DNA of 54,161 bases from Gemmatimonadota bacterium (GTDB lineage: Bacteria > Gemmatimonadota > Gemmatimonadetes > Gemmatimonadales > GWC2-71-9): the NCBI GenBank assembly GCA_003223415.1, contig QHUY01000007.1, positions 1 to 54,161 on the forward strand, written 5' to 3'. Position 1 is the stretch's first letter. Each line of letters begins with the position of its first letter. This document shows positions 16,345 to 26,307 of the stretch, piece by piece. A program made the position numbers and the translations under genes. The notes under the pieces were generated by a model that made no database searches, was not told the DNA's origin, and saw nothing but the letters and a program-made list of their open reading frames with translations.

Positions 16345-17924
16345 CAGCGCCAGTCCTTCAGGACCTGGAGGGCGGCCAGCCGACCGGAGGCGCCCATGAT
16401 GCCGCCGCCCGGATGCGTGCCCGCGCCGCACTGGTAGAGCCCCCGCACGGGAGTGCGGTACTTGGCCCACGCCGGCGCGGGGCGAAGGAAGAACAGTTGG
16501 TGCAGGGACAGCTCGCCCTGAAAGATGTTGCCTTCGGAGAGGCCGAGGATGCGCTCGATGTCGGCCGGCGTCAGCACCTGCCGACCGAGGATCGCCGACC
16601 GGATGTTGGGCGCGTACTGGGCCACCGTATCCACCACGGCGTCGCCGAACGCTTCGCGCTTCGCGTCGTCCCAGCCGCCGTTCACGTAGTAGGGGGCGTA
16701 CTGCACGAAGATGGACATCACGTGCTTGCCGGGCGGGGCCATCGCGGGGTCGATCATCGAGGGGATGACGATGTCCAGGTACGGTCGGCGCGAGAACTCC
16801 CCGTACTTGGCGTCGTCGTAGGCGCGCTCGACGTACTCGAGGCTGGGGCTGATCGAGATCGCGCCCCGCAGGTGCGGGCCGACGCCCGGGAGGCAGGTGA
16901 AGTCCGGCAGCTCGGCGAGCGCCAGGTTCACCTTGCCGGAGGAGCCACGGAACTTGTAGCGGCGGATGTCGCCCACGAAGTCGGCGGGGAGCTCCGGTTC
17001 CTCGACCAGCTGAAGGAACGTGCGTCGCGGATCGAGCCCCGAGACCACGACGGACGCGGCGACCTCCTCGCCGCTCTCGAGTGCGACGCCGGTGGCGCGG
17101 CCGCCCTTCACGAGCACGCGCGCCACCGGGGCGTCGGTGCGGATCTCGGTGCCGCGGGCGCGGGCCGCCGCGGCGATGGCCTCGCTGATCGCGCCGGTGC
17201 CCCCCTTGGCGAACCCCCAGGCGCGGAACGCGCCGTCGATCTCGCCCATGTAATGGTGCAGCAGCACGTAGGCGGTGCCGGGGGAGCGGGGGCCGAGGAA
17301 CGTCCCGATGATGCCACTCGCCGCCTTCGTCGCCTTGAGCCCGTCGAACTCGAACCATTCGTCGAGGAAGTCGGCGGAGCTCATCGTCATGAGCTTGCAC
17401 AGCGCGTGGAAGTGCCGCTCGCCCAGTCTCCGGAAGTGCTTCGCGAGCCGCGCGAGGCCCAGCAGGTCGCCGGGGCTGAGCGACGTGGGATCGGGCGGCA
17501 CCATGCCGAGGATCGGCTTCACAGCCATGGCCATGTGGTGCATCAGCTGCCCGAACTCATCGTAGGCCTCGGCATCGCGCGCCGAGTGGCGGCACAGCTC
17601 GCGGCGGGTCTGATCGTGATCGCTCCACATCGCGAGGTAATCGCCGTTCGGCAACGGGGTGAGCGTGCTCTCGAGCGGCAGGATCTCGAGACCGTGACGC
17701 GGCAGCTCAAGGTCGCGGATGATCTCCGGCCGGAGCAGGCTCACGACGTAGGAAAACACCGAGAACTTGAACCCGGGGAAGATCTCCTCGGTGACCGCCG
17801 CGCCTCCCACCCGCGGGCGGCGCTCCAGGACGAGCACCCGCTTGCCCGCGCGGGCGAGATAGGCCGCGTGGACGAGCCCGTTGTGCCCGCCGCCGATCAC
17901 GATCGCATCGTAGCGCTGCGGCAT
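16344..17924 (-). CDS. Phytoene-dehydrogenase-like FAD oxidoreductase (paralogue 1)
   Basis: GGGHNGL, GGAAVTEE and GAGTHPGGGIMG motifs. Start 17924 (MPQRYD). Confidence 0.9.
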   Translation of the reverse strand: MPQRYDAIVIGGGHNGLVHAAYLARAGKRVLVLERRPRVGGAAVTEEIFPGFKFSVFSYVVSLLRPEIIRDLELPRHGLEILPLESTLTPLPNGDYLAMWSDHDQTRRELCRHSARDAEAYDEFGQLMHHMAMAVKPILGMVPPDPTSLSPGDLLGLARLAKHFRRLGERHFHALCKLMTMSSADFLDEWFEFDGLKATKAASGIIGTFLGPRSPGTAYVLLHHYMGEIDGAFRAWGFAKGGTGAISEAIAAAARARGTEIRTDAPVARVLVKGGRATGVALESGEEVAASVVVSGLDPRRTFLQLVEEPELPADFVGDIRRYKFRGSSGKVNLALAELPDFTCLPGVGPHLRGAISISPSLEYVERAYDDAKYGEFSRRPYLDIVIPSMIDPAMAPPGKHVMSIFVQYAPYYVNGGWDDAKREAFGDAVVDTVAQYAPNIRSAILGRQVLTPADIERILGLSEGNIFQGELSLHQLFFLRPAPAWAKYRTPVRGLYQCGAGTHPGGGIMGASGRLAALQVLKDWR

Positions 17925-19129
17925 CAGGCCCCTCCCCCTCCGCCCCCCCGCTTCCGTTCGGGATTGAAGAACGGCGTCTTGGCGACGCGGGCGGCGGCCT
18001 GCTTGCGGCGGTGCTCGACGGTGATCTCCATGCGCACCGGCGTGCCCGGCCGGGCGAATGCCGATTCGAGGTGCGCGAGCGCGATGTACTGCTTGAGCAG
18101 CGGGGACCAGCCGCCGCTCGTCGCGTAGCCGACCTGCCCGCCGTCCGCGTAGATCGGGACGCTGGCGCGCCAGGCGACCGTCGGGAGCCGCGGCGGCAGC
18201 CTGACCTCCGCATACAGCCGCTCGAGCGAGTCCCAGTCCACTTCTATCCCCATGAACTGCCAGGCGGCGCCGCGCCGCTGCTCCCCGAGGAGGGCTCCCT
18301 TGCCGTTGAACTGCTCCTTGTCGAGCGCCACGGTCCAACCGAGGCCCAGCTCGAAGGGCGAGGACTTCTGGGCTTCGATGAAGGCACGGTGTGAGGAGAT
18401 GTAGTCCACCTCGATGAGCAGCAGTCCCGCCTCGATGCGCGCCACGTCGAGCGCCAGCATGCCCGCTGGCGTCAGCCCGTACGGCGTGCCGGCGGCGATC
18501 AAGGCGTCCCACAACGGGACCGCCTGGGCCGCGTCCACCCAGATCTCGTAGCCGAGGTCGCCGGTGTACCCGGTGCGGGAGATCGTGACGGGGATGCTGC
18601 GGATCCGCGCGCTGGTGAGATGGAAGTACTTGAGGCCGGTGAGGTCGAAGTCGGCCGCCACCTGGAGGATCGTGCGGGCATTGGGTCCCTGGAGGGACAG
18701 CGCCGCGGTGCGCTCGGAGACATCCTCGATCGTCACGTCGAGCCCCGCGGCATTCCGGTGCAGCCAGCGCAGGTTTGGGTCGGCCGCGGTCATCCGAAAC
18801 GTTCCCTCGGTGAGTCGGGAGATCGTGCCGTCGTCAATCTGCTTGCCGTCGGCGTCGCACCAGGGCGTGTACAGCACCTGGCCGACCCTGCACTTCGCGA
18901 CGTTGCGGGTCACGACCCGGTCGAGCAGCCGCACGGCGTCCCGCCCGCCGATCACGTACTTGTAGAGGGGCGAGACGTCGAACAGCGCCGCGGCGCCGCG
19001 GATGGCGTGGTACTCACGGTCGTGCAGCAGCTCGTAGGAGCTCGCGACCACGTAGCCGGCCCAGCGGCGCCACGCCTGGCCCTGGGCGAGGGGTGCGGTC
19101 CGCGGGTGGAATGGCGTGACCTTCAGCAT
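17924..19129 (-). CDS. GcvT-family aminomethyltransferase (folate-binding)
   Basis: TPFH, LFDVS, DDGT, SRTGYTGDLGYEI and ARIEAG motifs. No gcvH or gcvP in the window. Confidence 0.88.
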   Translation of the reverse strand: MLKVTPFHPRTAPLAQGQAWRRWAGYVVASSYELLHDREYHAIRGAAALFDVSPLYKYVIGGRDAVRLLDRVVTRNVAKCRVGQVLYTPWCDADGKQIDDGTISRLTEGTFRMTAADPNLRWLHRNAAGLDVTIEDVSERTAALSLQGPNARTILQVAADFDLTGLKYFHLTSARIRSIPVTISRTGYTGDLGYEIWVDAAQAVPLWDALIAAGTPYGLTPAGMLALDVARIEAGLLLIEVDYISSHRAFIEAQKSSPFELGLGWTVALDKEQFNGKGALLGEQRRGAAWQFMGIEVDWDSLERLYAEVRLPPRLPTVAWRASVPIYADGGQVGYATSGGWSPLLKQYIALAHLESAFARPGTPVRMEITVEHRRKQAAARVAKTPFFNPERKRGGGGGGA

Positions 19130-19133
19130 GAGC

Positions 19134-19985
19134 TCAGCGTTCCCGTCCGGCGCGGGCCGGGTCGAGGGCGTCGCGCAGCGCGTCCCCGAGCAGGGTACAG
19201 GCCACTACGACGAGCGCGAGCGCGAGTCCCGGCGCTGTCGCGACCCAGGGCGCGTTGACCAGCGTGTCGCGACCGGAGGCGATCATGGTGCCCCAGGAGG
19301 GCGTCGGCGGCTGGACGCCGAGGCCCAGGTAGGACAGGCCGGCTTCGAGCAGGATCGCGTTGCCGACGCCGAGCGCCGCCGCCACGATCACCGGTGTGAG
19401 CGCATTGGGCAGGAGGTGCCGCCAGAGCACGCGGCCGCGCCCGGCCCCGAGCGCCACGGCGCCCTCGGCGAACGGCCGGGCGGCGAGCGCGCGGACCTCC
19501 CCGTGCACCAGGCGGGCCACCGACATCCATCCGGTGACGCCGAGCACGATGATGACGAGCGCGGCGCTGGGACGCCACAGCGCGGCGAGCAGCAGCAGCA
19601 GGACGACGCGGGGCAGGGCGAGAGCGAAGTCGGTGACGGCCAGCAGCAGCGCGCCGACGGCCCCGCGCCAGTAGGCCGCGACGGCGCCGACCGCCGTGCC
19701 GATGGTGATCGAGAGCAGGACGGCAAGGAACCCGACGCCGAGCGAGACGCGGGCGCCGTACACCAGCCGGGTCCAGACGTCGCGGCCGAAGCGGTCCGTG
19801 CCCAGCGGGTGGAAGACGCCGTGCCGGTCGCCGGCGAGCGGTGGCAAGAACCGCGTGGCGACGATGTCGCGCTGGGTGTCGGGGTCGCCCGAGGACACGA
19901 GAGGGGCGGCGAGCGCGGCGAGCACGATCGCGGCGAGGACCAGGAGGCCGAACAGCCCGCGGCGGTCACGGAGCAATCGTTTCAC
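19134..19985 (-). CDS. ABC transporter permease, DppC/OppC-type
   Basis: HPLGTDRFGRD, EGAVALGA (EAA loop), HLLPN and PSWG motifs. GTG start at 19985. Confidence 0.9.
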   Translation of the reverse strand: MKRLLRDRRGLFGLLVLAAIVLAALAAPLVSSGDPDTQRDIVATRFLPPLAGDRHGVFHPLGTDRFGRDVWTRLVYGARVSLGVGFLAVLLSITIGTAVGAVAAYWRGAVGALLLAVTDFALALPRVVLLLLLAALWRPSAALVIIVLGVTGWMSVARLVHGEVRALAARPFAEGAVALGAGRGRVLWRHLLPNALTPVIVAAALGVGNAILLEAGLSYLGLGVQPPTPSWGTMIASGRDTLVNAPWVATAPGLALALVVVACTLLGDALRDALDPARAGRER

Positions 19986-20953
19986 GGTTGCCGTGTCCCG
20001 ATTCTGGGGTCGACGACTCCCTGGAGCAGGTCCGCCAACAGATTGCCGAGCACGACGAGCACGGCGCTGATCGTCGTCGCGGCCATCACGACCGGGTAAT
20101 CGCGTGCCTGCACGGCCTCGACCAGCACCCGCCCCACGCCCGGCCAGGCGAACACCGCTTCGACGAACACCGCGCCGGAGAACAGTGCCGGGAGGGAGAG
20201 CCCGAGCAGCGTGACGACGGGGATCAGGGCATTGCGTAACACGTGGCGCCGGATGACGTGCGACGGCTTCAGTCCTTTGGCGCGCGCCGTCGTGACAAAG
20301 GGCGCGGCGAGCACGTCCAGCATCGCCCCCCGCACGAAGCGCGCGGTGCCGCCCACCCCGATCAGCGTCAGCGTGAGCAGCGGCAGCGCGAGGTGGCGCA
20401 GCCGATCGGCGACGCGGGGCCAGCCGGTGAGGAAGTCGCTGTCGAATCCGGCCGAGCCGAATGCCGGCAGCACGCGCAGCCAGTACGTGAACACCATCAC
20501 CAGCATCAGGCCGAGCCAGTACCCGGGCAGGGCGAAGAGGGCGACGCTCGTGATCGAGAGCGCGGTGTCGAGCCGCGAGCCGTCGTGCGTCGCCTGCACG
20601 GCGCCGACGGCGAGGCCCAACCCATAAGCGAGGAAGAGGGACAGCAGCACGAGCCGCACCGTGGCCGGCCAGGCGCCCGCGAACATCGCGACCACGGGAC
20701 GCCCGGTCGCGATGCTGATGCCCCAGTCGCCACGCGCGGCGCGGGCCAGCCAGGTCGCGTACTGGGTCGGCAGGGAACGCTCGAGCCCCAGCGCGCGGCG
20801 CTGGGCGGCGAGCTGCTCGGTCGTCGCCGTGGGGCCGAGCAGGCGCTCGGCGGGATCGCCCGGCGCGGCGTGGAGCAGGAGGAACGTCAGCGTTACTACG
20901 CCCCCGACCACCGCGATCCCGGCGATGGCGCGTTGCGTCACGTGCCTGAGCAT
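19982..20953 (-). CDS. ABC transporter permease, DppB/OppB-type
   Basis: PGDPA, TARAKGL, HVLRNALIP, FAWPG and RDYP motifs. Confidence 0.92.
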   Translation of the reverse strand: MLRHVTQRAIAGIAVVGGVVTLTFLLLHAAPGDPAERLLGPTATTEQLAAQRRALGLERSLPTQYATWLARAARGDWGISIATGRPVVAMFAGAWPATVRLVLLSLFLAYGLGLAVGAVQATHDGSRLDTALSITSVALFALPGYWLGLMLVMVFTYWLRVLPAFGSAGFDSDFLTGWPRVADRLRHLALPLLTLTLIGVGGTARFVRGAMLDVLAAPFVTTARAKGLKPSHVIRRHVLRNALIPVVTLLGLSLPALFSGAVFVEAVFAWPGVGRVLVEAVQARDYPVVMAATTISAVLVVLGNLLADLLQGVVDPRIGTRQP

Positions 20954-20986
20954 CGTCCGAATCTCGCGCGCTCCTCACGCCCCCGC

Positions 20987-20992
20987 TAGAAT
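20987..20992 (+). promoter_or_regulatory. -10 box of a probable leaderless transcript
   Basis: TAGAAT lies 6 nt before the GTG at 20999, with no Shine-Dalgarno sequence. Confidence 0.55.
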
Positions 20993-20998
20993 CCACGC

Positions 20999-22441
20999 GT
21001 GACCAGGCGGCTCGTGGCCGGAAGGGGGGGGGCGCTGCTCGCCGCGACCGCGCTCGCGGTGGCGGGGTGTGGTGCCGTGGGCGGGGCGGAGCGCCGTGGC
21101 CGCACGGTGTTGTTCGCGTCGGGGGCGGACCTGCAGAGCGTGAACCCGCTGCTCACCCTCCACCCCCTCGCGAAACAGGTGCAGCGTTACGTCTTACTCA
21201 CTACGCTCTCCCGTTACGATTCTGCGTTGGTGCCGCAGCCCTACCTGGCGCGCCGCTGGCGATGGTCGGCTGATCGCCGCACCCTCACCTTCGCCCTGCA
21301 GCCGGGCGTCCGCTGGCACGACGGCGCGCCGACGACGGCGCGTGACGTCGCCTGGACCCTGGATGCGGCACGCGATCCCGCGACGGGCTACCCGCGACTC
21401 GCCGACCTGGACGACGTCGCATCCGTGGCGGCGCCTGACGATTCGACCGTGGTCGACGCGCTTCCCGACGTCTTCACCGACCTCGCGATCCTGCCGGCCC
21501 ACCTGCTCGACACGGTGCCGCACGCGCTCCTCCGGCAGGCCGGGTGGAACGAGCGGCCGGTAGGGAATGGCCCGTTCCGCTTCGTGGCCCACGAGCCGCA
21601 CCGCCGCTGGGTGTTCGCTGCCAACCCCGACTTCCCAGCGGCGCTCGGCGGCCCGCCGCGTCTGGAACGGTTCATCGTGGTCGTGGTGGATGAGCCGACC
21701 GCTAAGCTCGCCGCGCTCACCGCCGGCGAGCTCGACTTCGCGGGCATCAGCGCCCCGCATGCGACCTTCGTGCGCCGCGATCCACGGCTCGCGGTGCTGG
21801 ACTATCCCTTGATCTTCCCGTACGGCATCGTCTTCAACACTCGGCACGCCCCGTTTGACGACCATCGCGTGCGGCTCGCCGCGGCGCTCGCGCTGGACCG
21901 CCAGGAGATCGTGGACGGCTACACGTTCGGCTTCTCCACCGTCGCCGATGGGCCCGTCCCGCCCATCCTGCCGCAGTATCTTCCCGTACCGCGACTCCCG
22001 GTTGCGCCCGACTCGGCCCGCGCGCTCCTCGTCGGGCGGCGGATCCCATTCGAGCTGCTCACCGTCGGCAGTGGAGAAGCGCCGCTGGAACAGATGATCC
22101 AGGCGCGCCTCGCGGCGGTGGGATTCGATGTCGCGATCCGTCAGCTCGAGCTGTCGGCGCTCCTGGACCGCGTGTACGGCCCCCGGCATGCATTCACCGC
22201 CGCCGTGCTGGGCATCGCGGGCGACCCTGGCCTCGGCTACCTGCGGCCGCTGGGCGATCTCGCCGGGATGCCGGTGCCGCGCGATCCGGCGGCGGCGCAG
22301 CGCCTGTTCGCCGACTCGCTGCCCGTCGCTTGGCTGTACCACGCCCGGGGGGTGAACGGCATGAACCGGAGGGTGCGGGGCGTGACGATGGACGTGCGCG
22401 GCGAGCTGCCGACCGTGACCCGCTGGTGGACCGCGCCATGA
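20999..22441 (+). CDS. Family 5 ABC substrate-binding lipoprotein
   Basis: Lipobox VAGC; VRWHDGxPxTARDV, PVGNGPF and FDDxRVR motifs. Confidence 0.88.
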   Translation: MTRRLVAGRGGALLAATALAVAGCGAVGGAERRGRTVLFASGADLQSVNPLLTLHPLAKQVQRYVLLTTLSRYDSALVPQPYLARRWRWSADRRTLTFALQPGVRWHDGAPTTARDVAWTLDAARDPATGYPRLADLDDVASVAAPDDSTVVDALPDVFTDLAILPAHLLDTVPHALLRQAGWNERPVGNGPFRFVAHEPHRRWVFAANPDFPAALGGPPRLERFIVVVVDEPTAKLAALTAGELDFAGISAPHATFVRRDPRLAVLDYPLIFPYGIVFNTRHAPFDDHRVRLAAALALDRQEIVDGYTFGFSTVADGPVPPILPQYLPVPRLPVAPDSARALLVGRRIPFELLTVGSGEAPLEQMIQARLAAVGFDVAIRQLELSALLDRVYGPRHAFTAAVLGIAGDPGLGYLRPLGDLAGMPVPRDPAAAQRLFADSLPVAWLYHARGVNGMNRRVRGVTMDVRGELPTVTRWWTAP

Positions 22442-23451
22442 GGCTCCGCGACCTGCCGACGCGGTTTCGCGCCACAGCGCCGGTGCGGCTCGATTTCGCC
22501 GGCGCCTGGACCGACGTGCCGCCGTTCTCGGCGCGGGAGGGCGGCGTCGTGGTCAACGCCGCCATCAGCTTGCACGTCACCGCGGAGCTGGAGTTCGGCG
22601 GCCCGCGGATTCGCCTCGTCTCCGAGGACTTGGGCCAGCAGGTCGAGTGTGTGAACTCGGGCGGCCTAGTGCTGGACGGTCGGTTGAACATCCACAAGGC
22701 CGCGCTGCGGATGTTCCCGATCCTGGGCAATTTCACGCTCACCACGCGCTCGGCGGCGCCGCCGGGGGCGGGCCTCGGCGGCTCCGGGGCGCTCGACGTG
22801 GCGCTGGTGTCGCTCCTCACGCAGGCTCGGCAGGAGCGGCTCGACCCGCGCGACATCGCCGAGCACGCCTGGCGCCTCGAAGCCGTGGAAGCCGCGATCC
22901 CCGGTGGCCGGCAGGATCAGCTCGCGGCGGCGCTGGGGGGCTTCCACCGGCTCACGTTCCGAGATCCCGATGTCGGGATCGAGCCCCTCACCCTCGACCC
23001 CGCCTTTGCCGCGGCGTTGGAGCGCAACCTGGTGGTCTGCTACACCGGCCGCTCGCGTGTGTCGGGCGAGACGATCGCGCGGGTGATGGGCGCCTACGAG
23101 CGCGGGGATCCGCGCGTGACCGGCGCGCTGCGGGCGCTGAGGGACCTCGCCGAGCGGATGACCGAGGCGTTGCGAGCGGCGGACCTCGCGAAAGTCGGTG
23201 CGGTGCTCGCCGAGAACTGGCGTCACCAGCAGGTGCTCGATGCCGGGATGCGGACGGAGGAGATGGCCCGACTCGAGGCGGAGATGGGAAAGGTGCAGGT
23301 ATTGGGCGGCAAGGCGGCGGGCGCGGGCGCAGGGGGCGCCATGTTTTTCTTGACGTCGGACGACCGGGAGCAGGCGGTGCGGCGGGCCAAAGCCGCCGGC
23401 GCCACCGTGCTGTCCGTCGGCTTCGTGGGAGAAGGCGTGCGCGCATGGTGA
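22438..23451 (+). CDS. GHMP kinase (HddA/fucokinase-like sugar kinase)
   Basis: APVRLDFAGAWTD, PPGAGLGGSG, GGRQDQ and GKAAGAGAGG motifs. ATGA-coupled start at 22438. Confidence 0.88.
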   Translation: MRLRDLPTRFRATAPVRLDFAGAWTDVPPFSAREGGVVVNAAISLHVTAELEFGGPRIRLVSEDLGQQVECVNSGGLVLDGRLNIHKAALRMFPILGNFTLTTRSAAPPGAGLGGSGALDVALVSLLTQARQERLDPRDIAEHAWRLEAVEAAIPGGRQDQLAAALGGFHRLTFRDPDVGIEPLTLDPAFAAALERNLVVCYTGRSRVSGETIARVMGAYERGDPRVTGALRALRDLAERMTEALRAADLAKVGAVLAENWRHQQVLDAGMRTEEMARLEAEMGKVQVLGGKAAGAGAGGAMFFLTSDDREQAVRRAKAAGATVLSVGFVGEGVRAW

Positions 23452-26210
23452 CGGCAGAGCAGCTCGCGGCGCGGCGGCGGGGGATCGCGGCGTCGCCGGA
23501 CCTGCAGCGGCTGCGCGACCATCTCACGGCACGCGCCGCGCCGTTGCTCGAGCGGATGCCGGTCGTGCCGGCGGCCAAGGCGCTGCTGTCGGTGGACGGC
23601 GGCGTCTGCCCGCAGGACCGCTCGGCGCTCACGTTCGATCCCTGGAGCCCGACGGAGCACCGCTGCCCGCACTGCGGCGTCACGGTCCGCGGGGAGCGAC
23701 ACGACCGCGCCTGGGCCAAGTACCAGCACCTATGGCTCGCCGAGCGGGCCGCCCATCTGGCCGCGCTGCGAGCACTGGACGGGAACGAAGCGGCGGGGCG
23801 GCGGGCCCGGGAGATTCTGGCAGCATACGCTCAGCGCTATTGGTCCTACCCCAACCGCGACAACGTGCTCGGGCCGAGCCGCCTGTTCTTCTCGACCTAC
23901 CTGGAGTCGATCTGGATCCTGAACTATCTCGCGGCGGCGGTATTGCTCCGCGAGGCGGGGGGGGGAGTGCTCGAAGAGCCCGTCCGCGCCGGCGTCAGCC
24001 GGGTCGCGGACGAAGCGGCCAATCTGATCGGCGAATACCACGAGCAGTTCTCCAACCGCCAGACCTGGAACAACGCGGCGCTCGCGGCGATCGCCGTGTG
24101 GTTCGAGGACGAGGATCTCGCCAAAGGGGCGATCGAGGGGCCGGGCGGCCTGATCGCCCACCTGCGCGGCTACCGCGGGGACGGGATGTGGTACGAGGGG
24201 GAGAACTACCATCTGTTCGCGCTGCGCGGGCTGCTCACCGGCGCGGCGTGGGCGCTCCACGCGGGGGTCGATTTCTTCGGGGATTCCGAGCTCGCGCCGC
24301 GCGTCGCCGCGGCGCTGCGGGCACCGGCGGTGAGCGCGCTGCCCGACCTCACGTTTCCCGCGCGCAAGGACGCGCGGTTCGGCGTCTCGCTCGCCCAGCC
24401 GATGTATCTCGAGCTGTGGGAGGTGGGGCTGGGAAGGCTCCAAGGCCGGGAGTGGGGAGTGGGGAGTGGGACCACCGAGCTGGCGTCGTGGCTCGGCGCC
24501 CTGTACCGAGTGCCACCCGTCAAGCCCGAGCTTTTCGAGTCGTATCTGCATGACGCCCCGGTCGAACCACTCCCCACTCCCCACTCCCGCTCGGGGTTGT
24601 CATGGTGGGCGTTGCTGGAAATGCCCCCCGAGCTTCCCGGGGACGCCGCGCCCTGGGAGCCGCGCAGCGAGTTGCTGACAAGTCAGGGCCTGGCGATTCT
24701 GCGCGCCGGGGATCGCTACGCGAGCCTCGAGTGCGGTAGCACGGGGGGAGGGCACGGCCACCCTGATCGCTTGAACCTCACGCTGCACGCCGATGGGGGA
24801 TACTGGCTGCCGGATTTCGGCACGGGCTCCTACGTGGCGCGCGATCTCTTCTGGTATCGTTCCACCCTGGCGCACAACGCGCCGCGGCTCGATGGCGTGT
24901 CGCAGCCGCTGCGCGATGCGAGGTGCGTGGCGTTCGACGTGCAAAAAGGCTGGGCGTGGACGCGCGGCACGTGGGGCGACGTCACGCGCACGCTCGCCGC
25001 GGGGCCGCAGTATCTCCTCGACGTCGTGGACCTCACTGGAAGCGAGGACCACGTCCTCGAGCTGTCGTGGCACCTGGGTGGACGTGGCGACGTCACCACA
25101 GCAGGTCGGTGGGAGGACGGAGACCTGGAGGATGAATTCGTAACGTGCGTCCAGCGGTTCGTCCCCGAAAGACCCGGTCCCATCGTGATCGAGCACGCGG
25201 CCGAGCGTCGACGGCTCACGGTGCATTTGCTTTTCGAGGGAGAGCTGCTGCGCGCGGAAGCGCCGGGACGACCGGGAGCCGGGAGCCGGGAGCCGTTTTA
25301 CGTGGTGCGGGTGCGAGGACGCAATTCCCGGCTCGTCACCGTGCTCGAGCCCTGGCGCGAGAATCCCGTGATTCGCGGCGTGCGCGTGGCGGGGGACGTT
25401 GTGGACATCGAGACCACGGGCGGCGTAGAACGGCACCGCGACCACGTCGCCATGTGGGAAGTCGAGGCGGATTCCGGAGGCGCGAAGCTCGCCGGCACGC
25501 GCGAGCCGGTGGAGCCGTTCGTGCCGATCCTGGAGCTCGACCGCCCTCTGGCCGCGACGGCCACCGCGCTGCGTGTGGACGCCCCGCCGGTGCTCGACGG
25601 CTCGCTCGACGGGTTCGACACCGGCGAGCCGCTGCGGCTCGAGGTCGAGGACCAGTACCGCCGCAGTGAAGAGCCGTACTCCCCGGAGGACTTGTCCGCG
25701 GTGGCCTACGTCAACTGGGACGACGAGGCGTGCTACCTGGCCGTGGAGGTCGTCAAGCCGGACCTGTGCTTCCGTCCCGCCGCCGAGCCGCCACGGCGGC
25801 TCGACAACGAGCCCGACGACATCCATTCCGATGGGCTGCAGGTATACCTCAGCGGGGAAAGGGGAAAGGGGAGTGGGGAAGGGTCCGTCGCGTATCTGAT
25901 CGTTCCAGAGGAGAGCAAGCGGCTGCGAGTTCAGACGGTGAGCGAAGCGTCGGGCGATCCCGCAGCAGTGCGGGGCGCCTGGCGCCGCACGGACAACGGG
26001 TATCGAGTCACGTTGGCCGTGTCCTGGCCGGAAGGGATCCGCACCCACGTCGGCGGCCGGCTCGGGTTCGACCTGCTGGTCAACGAGATGCTGCCGGGCC
26101 GCGAGCGGCGCGCGGGCCAGCTGGTGTGGAGCGGCGGCGACGGCTGGGTGTGGTTGCGGGGGGACCGGCAGGATCGGGAGCGGCTGGGTATTCTGGAGTT
26201 GGTGGGATGA
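23445..26210 (+). CDS. Heparinase II/III-like polysaccharide lyase with a C-terminal CBM9/DOMON-like domain
   Basis: N-terminal Cys cluster (CPQD...CPHC), WYEGENYH, GHGHPD and HN motifs; C-terminal LDGSLD...WDDxxxYLAVEV...GFDLLVNE. Confidence 0.75.
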   Translation: MVTAEQLAARRRGIAASPDLQRLRDHLTARAAPLLERMPVVPAAKALLSVDGGVCPQDRSALTFDPWSPTEHRCPHCGVTVRGERHDRAWAKYQHLWLAERAAHLAALRALDGNEAAGRRAREILAAYAQRYWSYPNRDNVLGPSRLFFSTYLESIWILNYLAAAVLLREAGGGVLEEPVRAGVSRVADEAANLIGEYHEQFSNRQTWNNAALAAIAVWFEDEDLAKGAIEGPGGLIAHLRGYRGDGMWYEGENYHLFALRGLLTGAAWALHAGVDFFGDSELAPRVAAALRAPAVSALPDLTFPARKDARFGVSLAQPMYLELWEVGLGRLQGREWGVGSGTTELASWLGALYRVPPVKPELFESYLHDAPVEPLPTPHSRSGLSWWALLEMPPELPGDAAPWEPRSELLTSQGLAILRAGDRYASLECGSTGGGHGHPDRLNLTLHADGGYWLPDFGTGSYVARDLFWYRSTLAHNAPRLDGVSQPLRDARCVAFDVQKGWAWTRGTWGDVTRTLAAGPQYLLDVVDLTGSEDHVLELSWHLGGRGDVTTAGRWEDGDLEDEFVTCVQRFVPERPGPIVIEHAAERRRLTVHLLFEGELLRAEAPGRPGAGSREPFYVVRVRGRNSRLVTVLEPWRENPVIRGVRVAGDVVDIETTGGVERHRDHVAMWEVEADSGGAKLAGTREPVEPFVPILELDRPLAATATALRVDAPPVLDGSLDGFDTGEPLRLEVEDQYRRSEEPYSPEDLSAVAYVNWDDEACYLAVEVVKPDLCFRPAAEPPRRLDNEPDDIHSDGLQVYLSGERGKGSGEGSVAYLIVPEESKRLRVQTVSEASGDPAAVRGAWRRTDNGYRVTLAVSWPEGIRTHVGGRLGFDLLVNEMLPGRERRAGQLVWSGGDGWVWLRGDRQDRERLGILELVG
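24448..24588. repeat. In-frame inverted heptamer pair (GGGAGTG)3 ... (CACTCCC)3
   Basis: 24448-24468 and 24568-24588 are exact reverse complements, 21 nt each, encoding REWGVGSG and PLPTPHS. Confidence 0.85.
25273..25295. repeat. In-frame heptamer repeat (CGGGAGC)3
   Basis: Encodes PGAGSREP. Confidence 0.7.
25854..25883. repeat. In-frame heptamer repeat (GGGGAAA-type)4
   Basis: Encodes GERGKGSGEG. Confidence 0.75.
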
Positions 26211-26219
26211 ACCTCTCAG

Positions 26220-26302
26220 TGCGGAATTCGGAATGCGGAATGCGGAATGACAAGGGAAGCTCGCCTATCCATTCCGCATTCCGCACTCCGCATTCCGCAT
26301 TC
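26220..26302. repeat. Inverted heptamer array (TGCGGAA)4...(CATTCCG)4-5
   Basis: Fills most of the lyase-TrmJ intergenic gap. Confidence 0.88.
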
Positions 26303-26307
26303 GAAAC

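Noticed and set aside
14788-17924. Carotenoid biosynthesis (crtI)
   Set aside because: No crtB/crtE/crtY is nearby, and the context is an aminomethyltransferase and a Rieske oxygenase.
26220-26302. Heptamer arrays as a CRISPR array
   Set aside because: The 7-nt units are contiguous, there is no repeat-spacer periodicity, and no cas genes are present.
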